A stretch of DNA of 64,000 nucleotides, taken from assembly GCA_041651455.1 (NCBI GenBank), contig JBAZJG010000003.1:83793-147792 (forward strand), given 5' to 3'. The notes under the pieces are model-generated. The model did no database searches. It was given only the letters and a program-made list of their open reading frames with translations, and had not been told where the DNA came from. Origin of the DNA: Candidatus Omnitrophota bacterium (lineage in GTDB: Bacteria > Omnitrophota > Gorgyraeia > Pluralincolimonadales > Pluralincolimonadaceae). Below are positions 20,662 to 32,968 of the stretch, one piece after another. A program made the position numbers and the translations under genes. The stretch's first letter is position 1; each line of letters begins with the position of its first letter.

Positions 20662-21860
20662 AATACGCCGTGCTCGTTGGGGACGGGATGGCGGATTACC
20701 CCGTACGGGAACTCGGGAACAAGACGCCTCTCGAGTCCGCAAAGACCCCGAATATGGATTTCGCGGCGAAGAACGGCAGGTCGGGCCTCGTAAAGACCGT
20801 CCCTGCAGGGTTCGCGCCGGCATCAGACGTGGCGAACCTGTCGATAATAGGGTATGACCCGAAAAAATATTATTCGGGAAGAGGGCCGCTTGAAGCGTCG
20901 AACATGGGCATCAAGCTTGGCCCGGACGATATAGCGTTCAGGTGCAACCTCGTCACTATAGACGACGGGCTCATGGCCGATTATTCGGCCGGCCATATCA
21001 CGACCGAAGAGGCCTCGACGCTCATCAAATTCCTGGATAAGGAGATGGGCTCGGATAAGATACGTTTCTATCCGGGCGTAAGCTACAGGCATCTGATGAT
21101 AGTGAAGGACGCTTCGTTAAAGGAAGTCCTTATGAAAGCGGAATGCGTCCCTCCGCATGATATCACCGGGTCGCCGGTCAAGGGATATCTTCCGAAGGGC
21201 CCCGGCGGCGAGTTCCTCGTCAAGATAATGGAGGATTCCAGGGCCCTGTTGGCGGGGCATGAGGTCAACCACGTTAGGATAGACCTCAAGGAGAACCCGG
21301 CGAACATGGTCTGGCTATGGGGACAGGGTATAGACGCGAATATGCCGAGGTTCAGGGACCTTTACGGGGCGGAGGGTTCGGTGATCTCGGCGGTAGACCT
21401 GATAAAAGGGATAGGCAAGACGATCGGCCTCGACGTGATAAACGTCCCCGGCGCGACCGGCTATTACGATACGAACTTCCAGGGAAAAGCGCAATACGCG
21501 CTCGATTCGCTTAAGCGCAAGGATTTCGTTTTTGTGCACGTGGAAGCGCCTGACGAGGCCGGCCATAACGGCGACCTGCGCGCGAAGATAGCCGCGATCG
21601 AGAATTTCGACAGGTTCGTGGTCGGCGCGTTCCTCGGCGGTCGCCAGGGCAGCAGGGAAGACCTCAGGGTCATGGTCCTGCCGGACCATTTTACTCCAGT
21701 CTCGCTTAAGACGCATACTGCCGAACCCGTACCTTTCGCTATGTACGGTAAAGGGATAGAACCGAACAAGGCCTCCGCCTTCAGCGAGGCCGCGGCAAAG
21801 GCCACCGGCCTTATGTATGGGCACGGCGAAGAGCTTATGCGTTATTTCATGAAATCATAA
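20658..21860 (+). CDS. Cofactor-independent phosphoglycerate mutase, archaeal-type (ApgM) family; probable non-orthologous homoserine kinase.
   Basis: [15 protein letters not shown]…KTPLE…TPNMD… matches the ApgM N-terminus and metalloenzyme domain. Translationally coupled (ATGA) to thrC inside the hom-thrC-lysC cluster. No canonical GHMP thrB is present. Confidence 0.8.
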   Translation: MKYAVLVGDGMADYPVRELGNKTPLESAKTPNMDFAAKNGRSGLVKTVPAGFAPASDVANLSIIGYDPKKYYSGRGPLEASNMGIKLGPDDIAFRCNLVTIDDGLMADYSAGHITTEEASTLIKFLDKEMGSDKIRFYPGVSYRHLMIVKDASLKEVLMKAECVPPHDITGSPVKGYLPKGPGGEFLVKIMEDSRALLAGHEVNHVRIDLKENPANMVWLWGQGIDANMPRFRDLYGAEGSVISAVDLIKGIGKTIGLDVINVPGATGYYDTNFQGKAQYALDSLKRKDFVFVHVEAPDEAGHNGDLRAKIAAIENFDRFVVGAFLGGRQGSREDLRVMVLPDHFTPVSLKTHTAEPVPFAMYGKGIEPNKASAFSEAAAKATGLMYGHGEELMRYFMKS

Positions 21861-21883
21861 AAGAGGAGGAAGGCGGAATAAAA

Positions 21884-23110
21884 GTGGGATCCTTAATAGT
21901 CCAGAAATACGGCGGGTCCTCGGTGGCAAATCCCGAGAGGATCAAGAAGGTCGCGCAAAGAGTGGTCAGGTACAAGAAGCGCGGCCATGATGTCGTTGTT
22001 GTCGTCTCCGCGCTGGGTGATACCACCGACGAACTCATTGAACTGGCATCGAAGGTCACCGATGATCCTTCCGAGCGCGAGATGGACATGCTGATATCAA
22101 CGGGCGAGCAGATATCCTGCGCGCTCCTCGCGATGGCGATACAGGAACTGAATGTCCCTTCTATATCTTTTACCGGCGCGCAGGTAGGCATAATCACCGA
22201 CACGACCCATACGAAAGCGCGCATACTGGACATATCCGCCTCCGACAGGATAAAGGAACAGCTTAAGGAAGGCAAGGTCGTCGTTGTTGCGGGTTTCCAG
22301 GGGATCAGTATCAAGAAGGAGATAACGACGCTCGGCCGCGGCGGAAGCGATCTCACTGCCGTAGCCCTCGCAAAAGCGCTCGGGGCAAGGATCTGCGAGA
22401 TATATACGGATGTCGACGGCGTATATACGGCGGACCCGAGGATAGTCAAGGACGCAAGGAAGCTCTCGAAGATAAGCTATGACGAGATGCTTGAGCTCGC
22501 TTCCCTCGGGGCGAAGGTCATGCAGGCAAGGTCCGTCGAATACGGGAAACGTTACGATATACCTATACATGTACGCTCGAGCTTTTCCAACAACGAAGGA
22601 ACAGTGATCTGCAAGGAGGCAAAATCAATGGAGAGGATAGACGTCAGCGGGGTAGCGCTGCAGAAGGATGAGGCGAAGATAACCATATGCGACGTGCCGG
22701 ACAAACCGGGTGTCGCGGCCGTGATATTCAAGGAATTAGGTTCGAACAACGTAGTCATAGATATGATCGTCCAGAACGTCGGAAGGACAGGGACGACCGA
22801 CGTCTCGTTCACAGTGCTGACCGAGGACCTCGACAAGACGATGAAGGTCGCCAAGAGGGTCGCTCGCGAGATAGGTGCGGGCGAGGTCATAAAGGACGAG
22901 AGCATCGCGAAGATATCGATAGTCGGTATCGGCATGAGGAGCCACGCCGGCATCGCCGCGAGGATGTTCAAGGCACTTGCGTCCAAAAAGATAAATATAG
23001 GCATGATATCTACCTCGGAGATCAAGATATCCTGCGTTATAGGGAAGAAATACGCGGAGCAGGCACTTAAGACCCTGCATGACGAATTTGAACTGAAGAA
23101 AGCAAAATAA
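21884..23110 (+). CDS. lysC: Aspartate kinase with two C-terminal ACT domains.
   Basis: VQKYGGSSV N-terminus, amino-acid kinase fold and tandem ACT (…ISIVGIGM…). GTG start. Confidence 0.9.
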   Translation: MGSLIVQKYGGSSVANPERIKKVAQRVVRYKKRGHDVVVVVSALGDTTDELIELASKVTDDPSEREMDMLISTGEQISCALLAMAIQELNVPSISFTGAQVGIITDTTHTKARILDISASDRIKEQLKEGKVVVVAGFQGISIKKEITTLGRGGSDLTAVALAKALGARICEIYTDVDGVYTADPRIVKDARKLSKISYDEMLELASLGAKVMQARSVEYGKRYDIPIHVRSSFSNNEGTVICKEAKSMERIDVSGVALQKDEAKITICDVPDKPGVAAVIFKELGSNNVVIDMIVQNVGRTGTTDVSFTVLTEDLDKTMKVAKRVAREIGAGEVIKDESIAKISIVGIGMRSHAGIAARMFKALASKKINIGMISTSEIKISCVIGKKYAEQALKTLHDEFELKKAK

Positions 23111-23122
23111 AGGCGGAAGACG

Positions 23123-24697
23123 ATGAAGCAGGTAACGCTCTACGATACGACGCTGCGCGACGGGGCACAGACCGAAGGTATCTCCTATTCGGTCAACGAC
23201 AAGCTGCGCATCGTCGGAAAGCTTGACCAGCTCGGTATCCATTTCATAGAGGGGGGATGGCCCGGGTCTAACCCGAAGGATATGGCTTTTTTTAAGGCCG
23301 CCGGCAAGCTGAAGCTCAAGAACGCGAAGATCGTAGCGTTCGGCTCTACACGCCGCGCAAATACTGATGTCAAGAAGGACGCTATCGTAAAAGGCCTCCT
23401 GGATTCGGGCACCCGTTATGTCACTATCTTCGGGAAATCATGGGACCTGCACGTCAGGGACGTGTTCAAAGTGCCGCTTGAAGAGAACGTGAAGATGGTC
23501 TCCGAGACGGTATCGTTCCTCAAGTCCAAGGGGAAGACCGTTTTCTACGACGCCGAGCATTTCTTCGACGGATACAAGAGCAACCCGGAATACGCGCTGA
23601 TGACCGTTTTCGCGGCGCGCGACGCCGGCGCCGAATGCGTAATCCTTTGCGACACGAACGGCGGGACGATCATGTCCGAGCTGACGGATATCGTGATGGA
23701 GGTGGTCGCGAAGCTCGATTGCCCTGTAGGGATCCACTGCCACAACGATTGCGATATGGCGGTAGCGAATTCTATCGCTGCCGTGCAGGCAGGATGCACC
23801 CAGGTGCAGGGAACATTCAACGGTTACGGGGAAAGGTGCGGGAACGCCAATCTCGTCTCCGTGATCGGGAACCTTAAGACTAAACTCGGTATCGACTGTA
23901 TCAGCGACACAAAACTTAAGGAGCTTACCGAGGCATCGAGGTTCGTGGCGGAGATCAGCAACGTAAAACAACAGGAGAACCAGCCGTTCGTAGGCAACAG
24001 TGCTTTCACGCATAAGGCCGGGGTGCATATCAACGCGATAATGAAGAACCCCGTCACTTATGAGCATGTCGACCCGCACACGGTCGGCAACAAGAGGCGT
24101 CTGCTCGTCTCCGAGCTTTCAGGAAAAAGCTCTATCCTGCTTAGGGCTGAGGCGCTCGAACTGGACCTGACAAAGGAAGCCCCGAAGACGAAGAAGATCC
24201 TCAAGCTCCTGCAGAAACTCGAGCACGAAGGTTATCATTTCGAGGCAGCAGAGGGGTCTCTGGAGCTTCTGCTCAAGCGCGCGTTCAAGAAATTCAAGAA
24301 ATTCTTCGAACTGGAAGGATTCAAGGTGGTCACGGAGCATAAGGGGAACAGGCTTCTTTCCGAGGCGACCATCAAGGTGAAAGTCAATAGAGTAGTCGAA
24401 CATACCGCCGCGGAAGGCGACGGCCCCATCAACGCCCTCGACAACGCGCTTCGCAAGGCGCTGCTTGAATTTTACCCGGCGCTCGCGCAGATGCACCTCT
24501 CGGATTTCAAGGTCCGGGTGCTTGACGAGAAAGCCGGCACGGCAGCGAAGGTTCGCGTTCTTATCCAATCTCAGGACGCGAAGGACTCTTGGTGGACCAT
24601 CGGCGTGTCCGAGAACATCATCGAGGCGTCCTGGAATGCGCTTGTCGACTCTATCGAGTACAAGCTCCTTAAGGACCATCAGGTCCAGAAACAATAG
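23123..24697 (+). CDS. cimA: (R)-citramalate synthase / 2-isopropylmalate synthase family (LeuA_dimer C-terminal domain), likely CimA.
   Basis: TLRDGAQ HMGL-like barrel, [13 protein letters not shown] motif and C-terminal regulatory domain. About 524 aa, and adjacency to lysC as in Geobacter-type cimA loci. Confidence 0.65.
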   Translation: MKQVTLYDTTLRDGAQTEGISYSVNDKLRIVGKLDQLGIHFIEGGWPGSNPKDMAFFKAAGKLKLKNAKIVAFGSTRRANTDVKKDAIVKGLLDSGTRYVTIFGKSWDLHVRDVFKVPLEENVKMVSETVSFLKSKGKTVFYDAEHFFDGYKSNPEYALMTVFAARDAGAECVILCDTNGGTIMSELTDIVMEVVAKLDCPVGIHCHNDCDMAVANSIAAVQAGCTQVQGTFNGYGERCGNANLVSVIGNLKTKLGIDCISDTKLKELTEASRFVAEISNVKQQENQPFVGNSAFTHKAGVHINAIMKNPVTYEHVDPHTVGNKRRLLVSELSGKSSILLRAEALELDLTKEAPKTKKILKLLQKLEHEGYHFEAAEGSLELLLKRAFKKFKKFFELEGFKVVTEHKGNRLLSEATIKVKVNRVVEHTAAEGDGPINALDNALRKALLEFYPALAQMHLSDFKVRVLDEKAGTAAKVRVLIQSQDAKDSWWTIGVSENIIEASWNALVDSIEYKLLKDHQVQKQ

Positions 24698-24699
24698 CC

Positions 24700-27375
24700 A
24701 TGCGAGAAATACCTTCTGCCTACGACCCCAAGGCCACGGAAGAGAAGTGGTATAAGCTCTGGGAATCCAGGAAATACTTCCACGCCCGGCCTGATGCCGG
24801 CAGGAAACCCTATACTATCGTCATCCCGCCGCCGAACGTCACAGGCATCCTCCATATGGGCCATGCGCTCAATAATACCGTCCAGGATATACTTATAAGA
24901 TGGAGGAGGATGCAGGGATGGAACGCCGAATGGCTTCCAGGCACCGACCACGCCGGTATTGCGACGCAAAACGTAGTCGAGAAGAAGCTCGCCAAGGAAG
25001 GCCTGAAACGCCAGGATATCGGCCGCGAGGAGTTCGTAAAACGCGTATGGCAATGGCGCGAGGAATACGGCTCGACCATCATATCCCAGCTTAAGCGCCT
25101 CGGGTGCTCCTGCGACTGGGACCGGACACGCTTCACTATGGATGAAGGCCTCTCCGACGCCGTTAACGAGGTATTCATACGCCTGTACGAAAAAGGGCTC
25201 ATATACCGCGGTAACTATATAATAAACTGGTGCCCGAGATGCCAGACCGCATTAAGCGACGAGGAGGCGCAGCACAAGGACCTCAACGGCACTCTCTATT
25301 ACATCAAATATCCGGTAAAAGGCGCGAACAGGCATATAACCGTCGCCACGACACGCCCGGAGACGATGCTCGGTGACGTAGCTGTGGCAGTCAACCCTTC
25401 CGACGCAAGGTTCAAGAACCTCGTAGGCGAGACCCTGATACTGCCGCTTACCGGCAGGGAGATAAAGGTCATAGCGGACGGATTTGTGGACATGGAGTTC
25501 GGCACGGGCGCGGTAAAGGTCACTCCGGCACACGACCCGAACGATTTCGAGATGGGCAGGCGGCATAATATTGAGCCGGTGGTCGTCATGAACCCGGACG
25601 GCACAATGAGCAAAAATACCGGGGATTATGCCGGCATGGATAGGTTCGAGGCGCGAGAGGCGATCCTCGAGGACCTGAAAGAGATGAAGCTGCTCGAGAA
25701 GACGGTGCCGCACGCTCATTCCGTCGGCCATTGCTACAGGTGCCATACGGTCGTGGAGCCGTACCTTTCCGAACAGTGGTTCGTAAAGATGAAACCGCTC
25801 GCGAAACCCGGCATCGAGGCGGTCAAGAACGGCAGGATCAAATTCCATCCCGAACGCTGGACGAAGGTCTACCTCGACTGGATGGAGAACATCCGCGACT
25901 GGTGCATATCGAGGCAGATCTGGTGGGGCCACCGGATACCCGTATATTACTGCAAGAAGTGCCTTAAGTCGTCCGAAGGGAAGAAGGGCATAATGGTATC
26001 GCGGATAAAGCCCGCGAAATGCCCCGACTGCGGAGCAGCAGATATCGTCCAGGACGAGGACGTCCTCGACACCTGGTTCTCGTCGTGGCTATGGCCTTTC
26101 TCGACGTTCGGCTGGCCGGCCAAGACGGAAGACCTTTCGTATTTTTACCCTACCTCGACGCTATCCACCGCCCAGGACATAATATTCTTTTGGGTCGCGA
26201 GGATGATAATGTCGGGATACGAGTTCATGGGCGACGCGCCTTTCAAGGATATCTATATACACGGCACGGTGCGCGACGAGACCGGAGCCAAGATGTCAAA
26301 ATCGCTCGGGAATATAATCGATCCCGTCGAAATAATAGGGGAATACGGCACGGACGCCCTGCGCTTCAGCCTCATATCGATAACCTCAAGCGGCCAGGAC
26401 GTTTTCCTGTCCAAGGAAAAGTTCGAGATCGGCCGCAATTTCGCGAACAAAATATGGAACGCGTCAAGGTTTATAATGATGAATCTCGACGAAGACGCGA
26501 CGGGCGCCCGCGGCTCTATAGGCAAGGGCAGCCTTTCATTCGCCGACAGGTGGATATTATCGCGGTTAAGCCGCGCGGTAGGATCCGTAGACACGTCACT
26601 GGAGAGCTTCAGGTTCAACGAGGCGGCAAGTACCGCTTACGAGTTCTTCTGGCATGAGTTCTGCGACTGGTATGTCGAGATGATCAAGCCGGAGATGACA
26701 AACAAAGGCCCCGAAGGCGCGCAGAGGAAGAAGGCGGTCCAGGCGATACTCGTGCACTGCATAGAGGATTCTCTTAAGATCCTGCACCCCTTCATGCCTT
26801 TCGTCACGGAGGAGATCTGGCAGAACCTCCCCCATAAGGGCGATTCGATAATGGTATCCCCGTGGCCTAAAGCCGATAAGGGCATGCTTGACGATGAGGC
26901 CGAACAGGATATGTCCGTCGCAATAGGCATAATCTCTTCCATACGTAATATACGCGCCGAGCTTAATATCCAGCCGCAGAAATTATGCAAGGCGATAATC
27001 ACGGCGGGCAGCGGGAAGAGCAGGCAGGCAATAGATAAGTCCATAGGGTATATTAAGGCACTCGCGCGGCTTGAATCGCTCGAGATCACTGATAAGATGT
27101 CCCGGCCAAAGGCGTCCTCCTTTGCCGTCTCCGGCGACTGCGAGATATGCGTGCCTCTTGAAGGCCTTGTCGACATCGAAGCCGAAAAGAAGAAGATGAT
27201 GTCAAAGATAGGAGAACTCGAAAAATATACCGGGTCGATCGAGGGCAAGCTCCGCAATAAGAATTTCACCGATAAAGCCCCAAAGGAGATAGTAGATGCG
27301 GAAAAGGCGAAACTCGCGGACGCGCGCATCTCGCTCGACAAATTAAAGGAGAACCTGGAACGATTAGAGAACTAG
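24700..27375 (+). CDS. valS: Valine–tRNA ligase.
   Basis: HIGH motif ([14 protein letters not shown]), KMSKS, and editing and coiled-coil C-terminal domains. 891 aa. Confidence 0.95.
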   Translation: MREIPSAYDPKATEEKWYKLWESRKYFHARPDAGRKPYTIVIPPPNVTGILHMGHALNNTVQDILIRWRRMQGWNAEWLPGTDHAGIATQNVVEKKLAKEGLKRQDIGREEFVKRVWQWREEYGSTIISQLKRLGCSCDWDRTRFTMDEGLSDAVNEVFIRLYEKGLIYRGNYIINWCPRCQTALSDEEAQHKDLNGTLYYIKYPVKGANRHITVATTRPETMLGDVAVAVNPSDARFKNLVGETLILPLTGREIKVIADGFVDMEFGTGAVKVTPAHDPNDFEMGRRHNIEPVVVMNPDGTMSKNTGDYAGMDRFEAREAILEDLKEMKLLEKTVPHAHSVGHCYRCHTVVEPYLSEQWFVKMKPLAKPGIEAVKNGRIKFHPERWTKVYLDWMENIRDWCISRQIWWGHRIPVYYCKKCLKSSEGKKGIMVSRIKPAKCPDCGAADIVQDEDVLDTWFSSWLWPFSTFGWPAKTEDLSYFYPTSTLSTAQDIIFFWVARMIMSGYEFMGDAPFKDIYIHGTVRDETGAKMSKSLGNIIDPVEIIGEYGTDALRFSLISITSSGQDVFLSKEKFEIGRNFANKIWNASRFIMMNLDEDATGARGSIGKGSLSFADRWILSRLSRAVGSVDTSLESFRFNEAASTAYEFFWHEFCDWYVEMIKPEMTNKGPEGAQRKKAVQAILVHCIEDSLKILHPFMPFVTEEIWQNLPHKGDSIMVSPWPKADKGMLDDEAEQDMSVAIGIISSIRNIRAELNIQPQKLCKAIITAGSGKSRQAIDKSIGYIKALARLESLEITDKMSRPKASSFAVSGDCEICVPLEGLVDIEAEKKKMMSKIGELEKYTGSIEGKLRNKNFTDKAPKEIVDAEKAKLADARISLDKLKENLERLEN

Positions 27376-27377
27376 CG

Positions 27378-28217
27378 GACAAGGAGATACTCGAGATAAT
27401 CCGCCGCGCCCTGGACGAGGATATCGGCGCGTCGGATATCACGACAAAGGCGCTCTTCCCGAAGCCGAGGACCGCACAGGCCGTAATACTTTCCGGCGGC
27501 GAAGGCATACTTGCGGGCATTACGGTAGCGATGTCTGCTTTCGTGATGCGCGACTCTAAGGTGAAGTTCATGCCGCTTGAGATGGACGGCCGCAGGATAT
27601 ATCCGGAGCGGCAGGTCGCCTATATTGAGGGCGATATCGGAGCGATTCTCAGCGCCGAAAGGACGGCCCTTAACCTGATGAGCCGCCTTTCCGGCATAGC
27701 GACCCTGGCGTCAAGATTCGTCGAAGCGGTCAAACCCTATAAGACAAAGATATTGGACACGCGCAAGACGACCCCGGGACTGCGCACCCTGGAGAAATAC
27801 GCTGTCGCGACCGGCGGCGGCACGAACCACCGCATCGGCCTCTATGACCAGATGCTTATCAAGGACAACCACCTCGCGGCGCTCGGTTACGATTGGGGCA
27901 AGGTCGCCTCAGCGGTATCGTCCGCAAGGAAGAAGAGGATAAGGACCGAGATAGAGGTCCAGGACATCGCGCAGTTCAGGAAGGCCCTGGAGATATGCCC
28001 CGATGTCATAATGCTCGATAACATGGGAATCAGGCATGTAAAGGAGGCGGTCGCGCTCCGCGATAACGGCCACTTTGAGCTTCTGCTCGAGGTGTCCGGA
28101 GGAGTTAACCTCAGGAACGTAAGGAAGTACGCCGCGGCGGGGGTGGACATGATATCGATAGGCGCGCTGACGCATTCTGCGCAGGCGCTTGATTTTTCGC
28201 TGGAGATGGTCAGGTAA
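27378..28217 (+). CDS. nadC: Nicotinate-nucleotide pyrophosphorylase (quinolinate phosphoribosyltransferase). The start codon is unresolved.
   Basis: Clear NadC homology (…ALDEDIGASDITT… through …LLDNM…GGVN…) begins immediately after the valS stop. The first in-frame ATG/GTG/TTG is at 27531 (the track ORF), after about 51 conserved codons. The AAGGAG at ~27381 suggests a non-canonical start (ATA/ATT/CTG) or a frameshift. Confidence 0.75.
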   Translation, partial: DKEILEIIRRALDEDIGASDITTKALFPKPRTAQAVILSGGEGILAGITVAMSAFVMRDSKVKFMPLEMDGRRIYPERQVAYIEGDIGAILSAERTALNLMSRLSGIATLASRFVEAVKPYKTKILDTRKTTPGLRTLEKYAVATGGGTNHRIGLYDQMLIKDNHLAALGYDWGKVASAVSSARKKRIRTEIEVQDIAQFRKALEICPDVIMLDNMGIRHVKEAVALRDNGHFELLLEVSGGVNLRNVRKYAAAGVDMISIGALTHSAQALDFSLEMVR

Positions 28218-30999
28218 CGTGGGCCGGAATATTCATATCGCGGCGGCTTGCGTAACCGCCGTATTAGTATTACACGCCGGGCAGGGCACCGCATACGCGC
28301 AGGCATCCGTAACTGCGTCCTCGTCGGAAGGCCAGGCGACGAATCCTTCTAATGCCTTCGACAATAATATGCAGACACGCTGGTCCAGCGAGTTCTCGGA
28401 CCCGCAATGGATACAGATAGACCTCGGAAGACCCGAGATGATGGTCGGCCTCGTATTGAACTGGGAGGCGGCATACGGCAAAAGTTACGAGGTATCTGTT
28501 TCCGATGACGGCAAGGCCTGGAAGCGCGTCTACTCCGAGGCCGAAGGCGACGGACTGATAGATGACGTCTACTTCGGCAGGACAGAAGCCCGTTATATAA
28601 GGATAGATTTCAGGGAACGCGGGACCGGCTGGGGATATTCATTATGGGATATCCGGCTTAAGGGCCTTGATGAGGAAATACCGGTCGAGACGATCCGCGA
28701 GCGCGGAAGGACGGAGATACGGATAGAGCTCAAAAAACCCCGGAAACTCGGGGCAATATTCATAACATGGGGGGAGAGCTATCCGGGGTCATACAGCGTA
28801 AAGGTATCGAGCGACGGGAAGGACTGGAAGACGGTTGCCGTGAGAGAGGATTGCAGTGGCGGCCGCGATAAAATATATGCTAATATATTCGACAAACGCT
28901 ACATCGTGATCGCATGCAACGACAATAAAAGCAAGGAAAGCGTAATGAAAAAGATCGAACTCAAGGACTGGGAAGACATCGCAAAACACAAGGCCCTCGA
29001 CAAGGCGCGCGGCCTCGCGGGGTGGGAATCGAACCGCGACAAGACGTTCATCGGGAAGGACGGCTCGTTCGCCGCATACCCTTACCCGTTCAGGCTTAGT
29101 TTCTGGGTATACGACAAAGCCGGAGACAGGCTCTTCACGCCCGAGACGATGGATACGAAATGGCGCCTTATTGACGGGGGATACCCGGTTACAGTCGTCA
29201 GCTGGAAGGACGGGGATATCGAGGCCGAGACGACGGTTTTCTGCTGGTTGGATGAGAAGATCGGCAAGGTGCTGACATATGCCAGGGAATGCGTCAGGAA
29301 CACGGGAAAGAAAAGCAAGCAGGTTGCCATATACGCAGTGATAACGCCGAACCCGCTGTACGCTAAATGGAAAGTTGAAGGCATAAACAGGATAGAGTAC
29401 GATAACGACCATACCGTTTCCATTAACGGCTCTCCGCGCATATTCCTCGACGAAAGGGCGGACGGACCGCTCGGAAAAGACCAGAAGGACTCCCTGTCGT
29501 TCGAAAGGGAGATACCCGCCGGCGAGGCGGAGACGATCGATTTCATGGTCCCCTCCAGCGAGGGCAAGGATATAAGCTTCAACGAGATCAAGGACCTCAG
29601 CTTCGACGAAGCGCTCGACCTCACTATAGATTTCTGGAAAAGCCGCAAATCGCTGGAGCTCAACATCCCGGACAAAAGGTACAGCGATTGTTTCTATTCT
29701 TCGCTTTTCTATATCCTTATAATGAACGACCAGCATAAGCTCTTCCCGGGCCCGTATGAATACACTTCGTTCTTTTCGCATGACGCGGTCGATATGGATA
29801 ACGCGCTGGACAAGGCAGGGCTTACCGAGACCGCGCGCGACTCGACCGATTTTTTCAATTATGCGGAAGGCGGCGGATACGTTGATGAGCTCGGAGGAGG
29901 CATCTTCGCGCTTTACGAGCATTACCGGCTTAACAAGGATAAGGATTACCTTGAAGCCGTTTACCCGAGGATGAAGACGCTCTGCGAGCTCATAAAGAAG
30001 CTCCGCGGCCCTCAGCTTGCGCTCCCGAAGGAAAACCCGGCATACGGCCTTATCTGCAAAGGCGTAAGCCAGGACAATTTCAAGATACCGGCATACCTTT
30101 ACGTCGACAACTGGTGGACGATACTGGGCCTGAAAGCCGCGGCGGAGGCCGCGCAGGTGCTCGGTAAGGCGGAAGACGCGAAATGGCTTCATGCCGAATA
30201 CTTAGACCTGCATGCCGCGACGATCGCCAGCATAGAGAAGGTCATGAAAAAGGAAAACCTCTCATATATGCCCGCCTTTGCGGATTATTGGCCGAAAGAG
30301 ATGCGCATCGTAGACCAGGAGCACAGGATCCTCGGTGAAGCGCAGATGGCATGGGCGCACAGGCCCGCGTTGTTCCCGGGCCAGAACATGGGCGTCGCGA
30401 TTCCCGAAAAGCTCTTCAAGGACTCCTACAAGCAGTATTGGGCCAAAGCGGGCAAGTTCTCGAACTATGACGGCGGATGGTTCGTGGAGTATGAAAAGGT
30501 CTTCTGGGGATATAACTTCAAGCTCGCGCATCCGCTGATATACCTCGGCATGGAGGATGTCGCGCTGAAGAATATCGAGTGGGGCATCGAACACCAGTCA
30601 TGCCCTGGAGGATGGATGGAAGCGATGCCGAGCAAGATAAACGACAAGGGACTGCGCGAGATATCCGAGGGCATAGTCGGAGATGTCCCGCACGGCTGGT
30701 CCGCCGCGCATTACATGCTGCTGCTTCGCGACATGCTGCTGCGCGAGGACGGCAACAAACTGCTGCTTCTCTCATGCATACCCGAAGGATGGCTCGATGA
30801 CGGAAAGGTCATCGAAGTCAAAGACGCGCCTACGTATTTCGGGAAGGTCGGTTTCAAGGTCCAAAGTTTTCGCGGAAAAGGATTCCTGAAGCTTTCGATA
30901 GACGCGGAGACCCCGCCGCCCGATGGGTATGTCATAACTATAGGCAAGAAGAAGGTCCCGGTCCCCGCCGGCACCAAGGCGTTAGATATAGTATTCTGA
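28189..30999 (+). CDS. Secreted protein with two N-terminal F5/8-type-C (discoidin) domains and a large C-terminal six-hairpin-glycosidase-like domain.
   Basis: Signal peptide after an in-frame GTG at 28219 ([29 protein letters not shown]). Discoidin signature …[21 protein letters not shown]… occurs twice. The C-terminal ~600 aa contain DNWWTILG… and [13 protein letters not shown] motifs suggesting an (alpha/alpha)6 glycosidase. The family is not assigned. Confidence 0.7.
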   Translation: MIFRWRWSGNVGRNIHIAAACVTAVLVLHAGQGTAYAQASVTASSSEGQATNPSNAFDNNMQTRWSSEFSDPQWIQIDLGRPEMMVGLVLNWEAAYGKSYEVSVSDDGKAWKRVYSEAEGDGLIDDVYFGRTEARYIRIDFRERGTGWGYSLWDIRLKGLDEEIPVETIRERGRTEIRIELKKPRKLGAIFITWGESYPGSYSVKVSSDGKDWKTVAVREDCSGGRDKIYANIFDKRYIVIACNDNKSKESVMKKIELKDWEDIAKHKALDKARGLAGWESNRDKTFIGKDGSFAAYPYPFRLSFWVYDKAGDRLFTPETMDTKWRLIDGGYPVTVVSWKDGDIEAETTVFCWLDEKIGKVLTYARECVRNTGKKSKQVAIYAVITPNPLYAKWKVEGINRIEYDNDHTVSINGSPRIFLDERADGPLGKDQKDSLSFEREIPAGEAETIDFMVPSSEGKDISFNEIKDLSFDEALDLTIDFWKSRKSLELNIPDKRYSDCFYSSLFYILIMNDQHKLFPGPYEYTSFFSHDAVDMDNALDKAGLTETARDSTDFFNYAEGGGYVDELGGGIFALYEHYRLNKDKDYLEAVYPRMKTLCELIKKLRGPQLALPKENPAYGLICKGVSQDNFKIPAYLYVDNWWTILGLKAAAEAAQVLGKAEDAKWLHAEYLDLHAATIASIEKVMKKENLSYMPAFADYWPKEMRIVDQEHRILGEAQMAWAHRPALFPGQNMGVAIPEKLFKDSYKQYWAKAGKFSNYDGGWFVEYEKVFWGYNFKLAHPLIYLGMEDVALKNIEWGIEHQSCPGGWMEAMPSKINDKGLREISEGIVGDVPHGWSAAHYMLLLRDMLLREDGNKLLLLSCIPEGWLDDGKVIEVKDAPTYFGKVGFKVQSFRGKGFLKLSIDAETPPPDGYVITIGKKKVPVPAGTKALDIVF

Positions 31000-31000
31000 T

Positions 31001-32968
31001 ATGCCGAAATTCAAGCTCGTCTCATCGTTCAAGCCGGAGGGTGACCAGCCCCGGGCCATAAAAGCGCTTGCCGAAGGCCTGCGTTCCGGTAAGGATTTCC
31101 AGACGCTCTTGGGCGTTACCGGGTCCGGCAAGACCTTCACGATGGCAAATGTCATAGAAGATATCGGCAAACCCACGCTCGTCATCTCGCATAACAAGAC
31201 CCTCGCGGCCCAGCTTTACAGCGAATTCAGGGAGTTCTTCCCGGAGAACGCCGTAGAATATTTCGTAAGCTACTATGACTATTACCAGCCCGAGGCCTAT
31301 ATACCCCAGACGGACACCTACATAGAAAAGGACTCCTCGGTAAACGACCGGCTCGACCGGCTGCGCTTGTCGGCGACTTCGTCGCTTATCTCGCGCGGCG
31401 ACGTAATAATAGTCGCGAGCGTATCCTGCATCTACAACCTCGGCTCTCCCGAGGATTACTCCAACATGATGGTCACGATAGAGAAGGGGCAGAAGCTCGA
31501 TCGCGACGAGGTCCTTCGCAGGCTCATAGGCATCCAGTATGAACGCAATGACATCGAGTTCGTCCGCGGAAAGATACGGGTGCGCGGGGACACGGTCGAC
31601 GTATTTCCCGCATATTCCGAAAAGGCGATACGGTTCTCCGTTTTCGGCAACGATGTTGAGAAGATAACCGAGTTCGACCCCGTCTCCCAAAAGACAGTGT
31701 CAGAACTCGACCGCGCCGCCATATACCCGGCAAAGCATTTCCTCACGTCGCCTCCGAAGATAGAGGAAGCCGTAAAGGTCATAAACCTGGAACTTGACGT
31801 ACGGCTCGAAACCTTGAGGTCGAAAGGGAAATTACTCGAAGCCCAGCGCCTGGAGCAGCGCACAAGATACGACATGGAGATGCTGCAGGAGATCGGCTAC
31901 TGTCACGGCGTCGAGAATTACTCGCGCCACCTCGGAGGCAGGCCTGCCGGCGCAAGGCCGTATTGCCTGATCGACTATTTCCCCAAAGATTTCCTCATGA
32001 TAGTGGACGAATCCCACGTGACGATCCCGCAAATAAGGGGGATGTACGAGGGCGACCGCGCGCGAAAGACGACTCTCGTGGATTTCGGTTTCCGCCTGCC
32101 TTCATGCCTCGATAACAGGCCCCTGTGTTTCGATGAGTTCGAGACATTGATGAAACAGGCAATATTCGCGTCCGCGACGCCGTCGGAATACGAGATCCGT
32201 AAATCCGGGGCGAGGATCATCGAGCAGGTAATAAGGCCTACGGGCCTCATAGATCCCGAGATAATCATAAAACCGACGGATAAGCAGGTTGATGACATAA
32301 TAGGGCAGGTCCGGGAACGCGCGAAGAAGAAAGAGCGCGTCCTCGTCACGACGTTGACCAAGCGCATGGCCGAGGACCTTTCCGCATACCTAAAGGAGCT
32401 CGACCTGCGCGTGAAATATATCCATTCCGACATCGACGCTATAGAAAGAGTAAAAATACTAAAGGAGCTGCGCCGCGGAGAGTTTGACTGCCTAGTCGGG
32501 GTCAACCTGCTGAGGGAGGGGCTCGACCTGCCCGAGGTATCGCTTGTCGCGGTCCTCGACGCAGACAAGGAAGGGTTCCTTCGTTCCGAGACATCGTTGA
32601 TACAGCTTGCGGGCCGCGCCGCACGCCATATTAACGGCCAGGTCATAATGTATGCGGACAATATAACCGGCTCGCTCAAACGCGCTATAGACGAAACAAA
32701 GCGTAGACGAACGCTGCAATTGGAGTATAATAAGGAGAATAATATCACCCCGAGATCCATCCAGAAGGCGATCCGCGAAGGCATCGAGATGCTGCAGGAT
32801 GCCGAAGAGGTGGAGATGGAGGCTGCCGGTATAAACGCCGGCGATTTCGAGATAGAAAAAGTAATAGAAGAACTGGAATACGAGATGGACCTCGCGGCGC
32901 GCAACCTGCAGTTCGAGAAAGCCGCTATAATACGCGACAGGATAGCATTGCTTAAAAATGGACGATAA
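31001..32968 (+). CDS. uvrB: Excinuclease ABC subunit B.
   Basis: Walker A GVTGSGKT, beta-hairpin region, helicase motifs and C-terminal UvrB/UvrC interaction coiled coil. 655 aa. Confidence 0.95.
   Translation: MPKFKLVSSFKPEGDQPRAIKALAEGLRSGKDFQTLLGVTGSGKTFTMANVIEDIGKPTLVISHNKTLAAQLYSEFREFFPENAVEYFVSYYDYYQPEAYIPQTDTYIEKDSSVNDRLDRLRLSATSSLISRGDVIIVASVSCIYNLGSPEDYSNMMVTIEKGQKLDRDEVLRRLIGIQYERNDIEFVRGKIRVRGDTVDVFPAYSEKAIRFSVFGNDVEKITEFDPVSQKTVSELDRAAIYPAKHFLTSPPKIEEAVKVINLELDVRLETLRSKGKLLEAQRLEQRTRYDMEMLQEIGYCHGVENYSRHLGGRPAGARPYCLIDYFPKDFLMIVDESHVTIPQIRGMYEGDRARKTTLVDFGFRLPSCLDNRPLCFDEFETLMKQAIFASATPSEYEIRKSGARIIEQVIRPTGLIDPEIIIKPTDKQVDDIIGQVRERAKKKERVLVTTLTKRMAEDLSAYLKELDLRVKYIHSDIDAIERVKILKELRRGEFDCLVGVNLLREGLDLPEVSLVAVLDADKEGFLRSETSLIQLAGRAARHINGQVIMYADNITGSLKRAIDETKRRRTLQLEYNKENNITPRSIQKAIREGIEMLQDAEEVEMEAAGINAGDFEIEKVIEELEYEMDLAARNLQFEKAAIIRDRIALLKNGR

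Noticed and set aside
28789-30192. A 467-aa ORF on the - strand. Similar long antisense ORFs lie at 42221–43438, 54302–55921, 61770–63050, 13822–14751 and 518–1429.
   Set aside because: Each lies fully antisense to a + strand gene with unambiguous family motifs (discoidin protein, IMPDH-like, PgpH, PpdK, LepA, giant protein). Their translations are Arg/Pro/Leu-rich low-complexity sequence typical of high-GC antisense frames.
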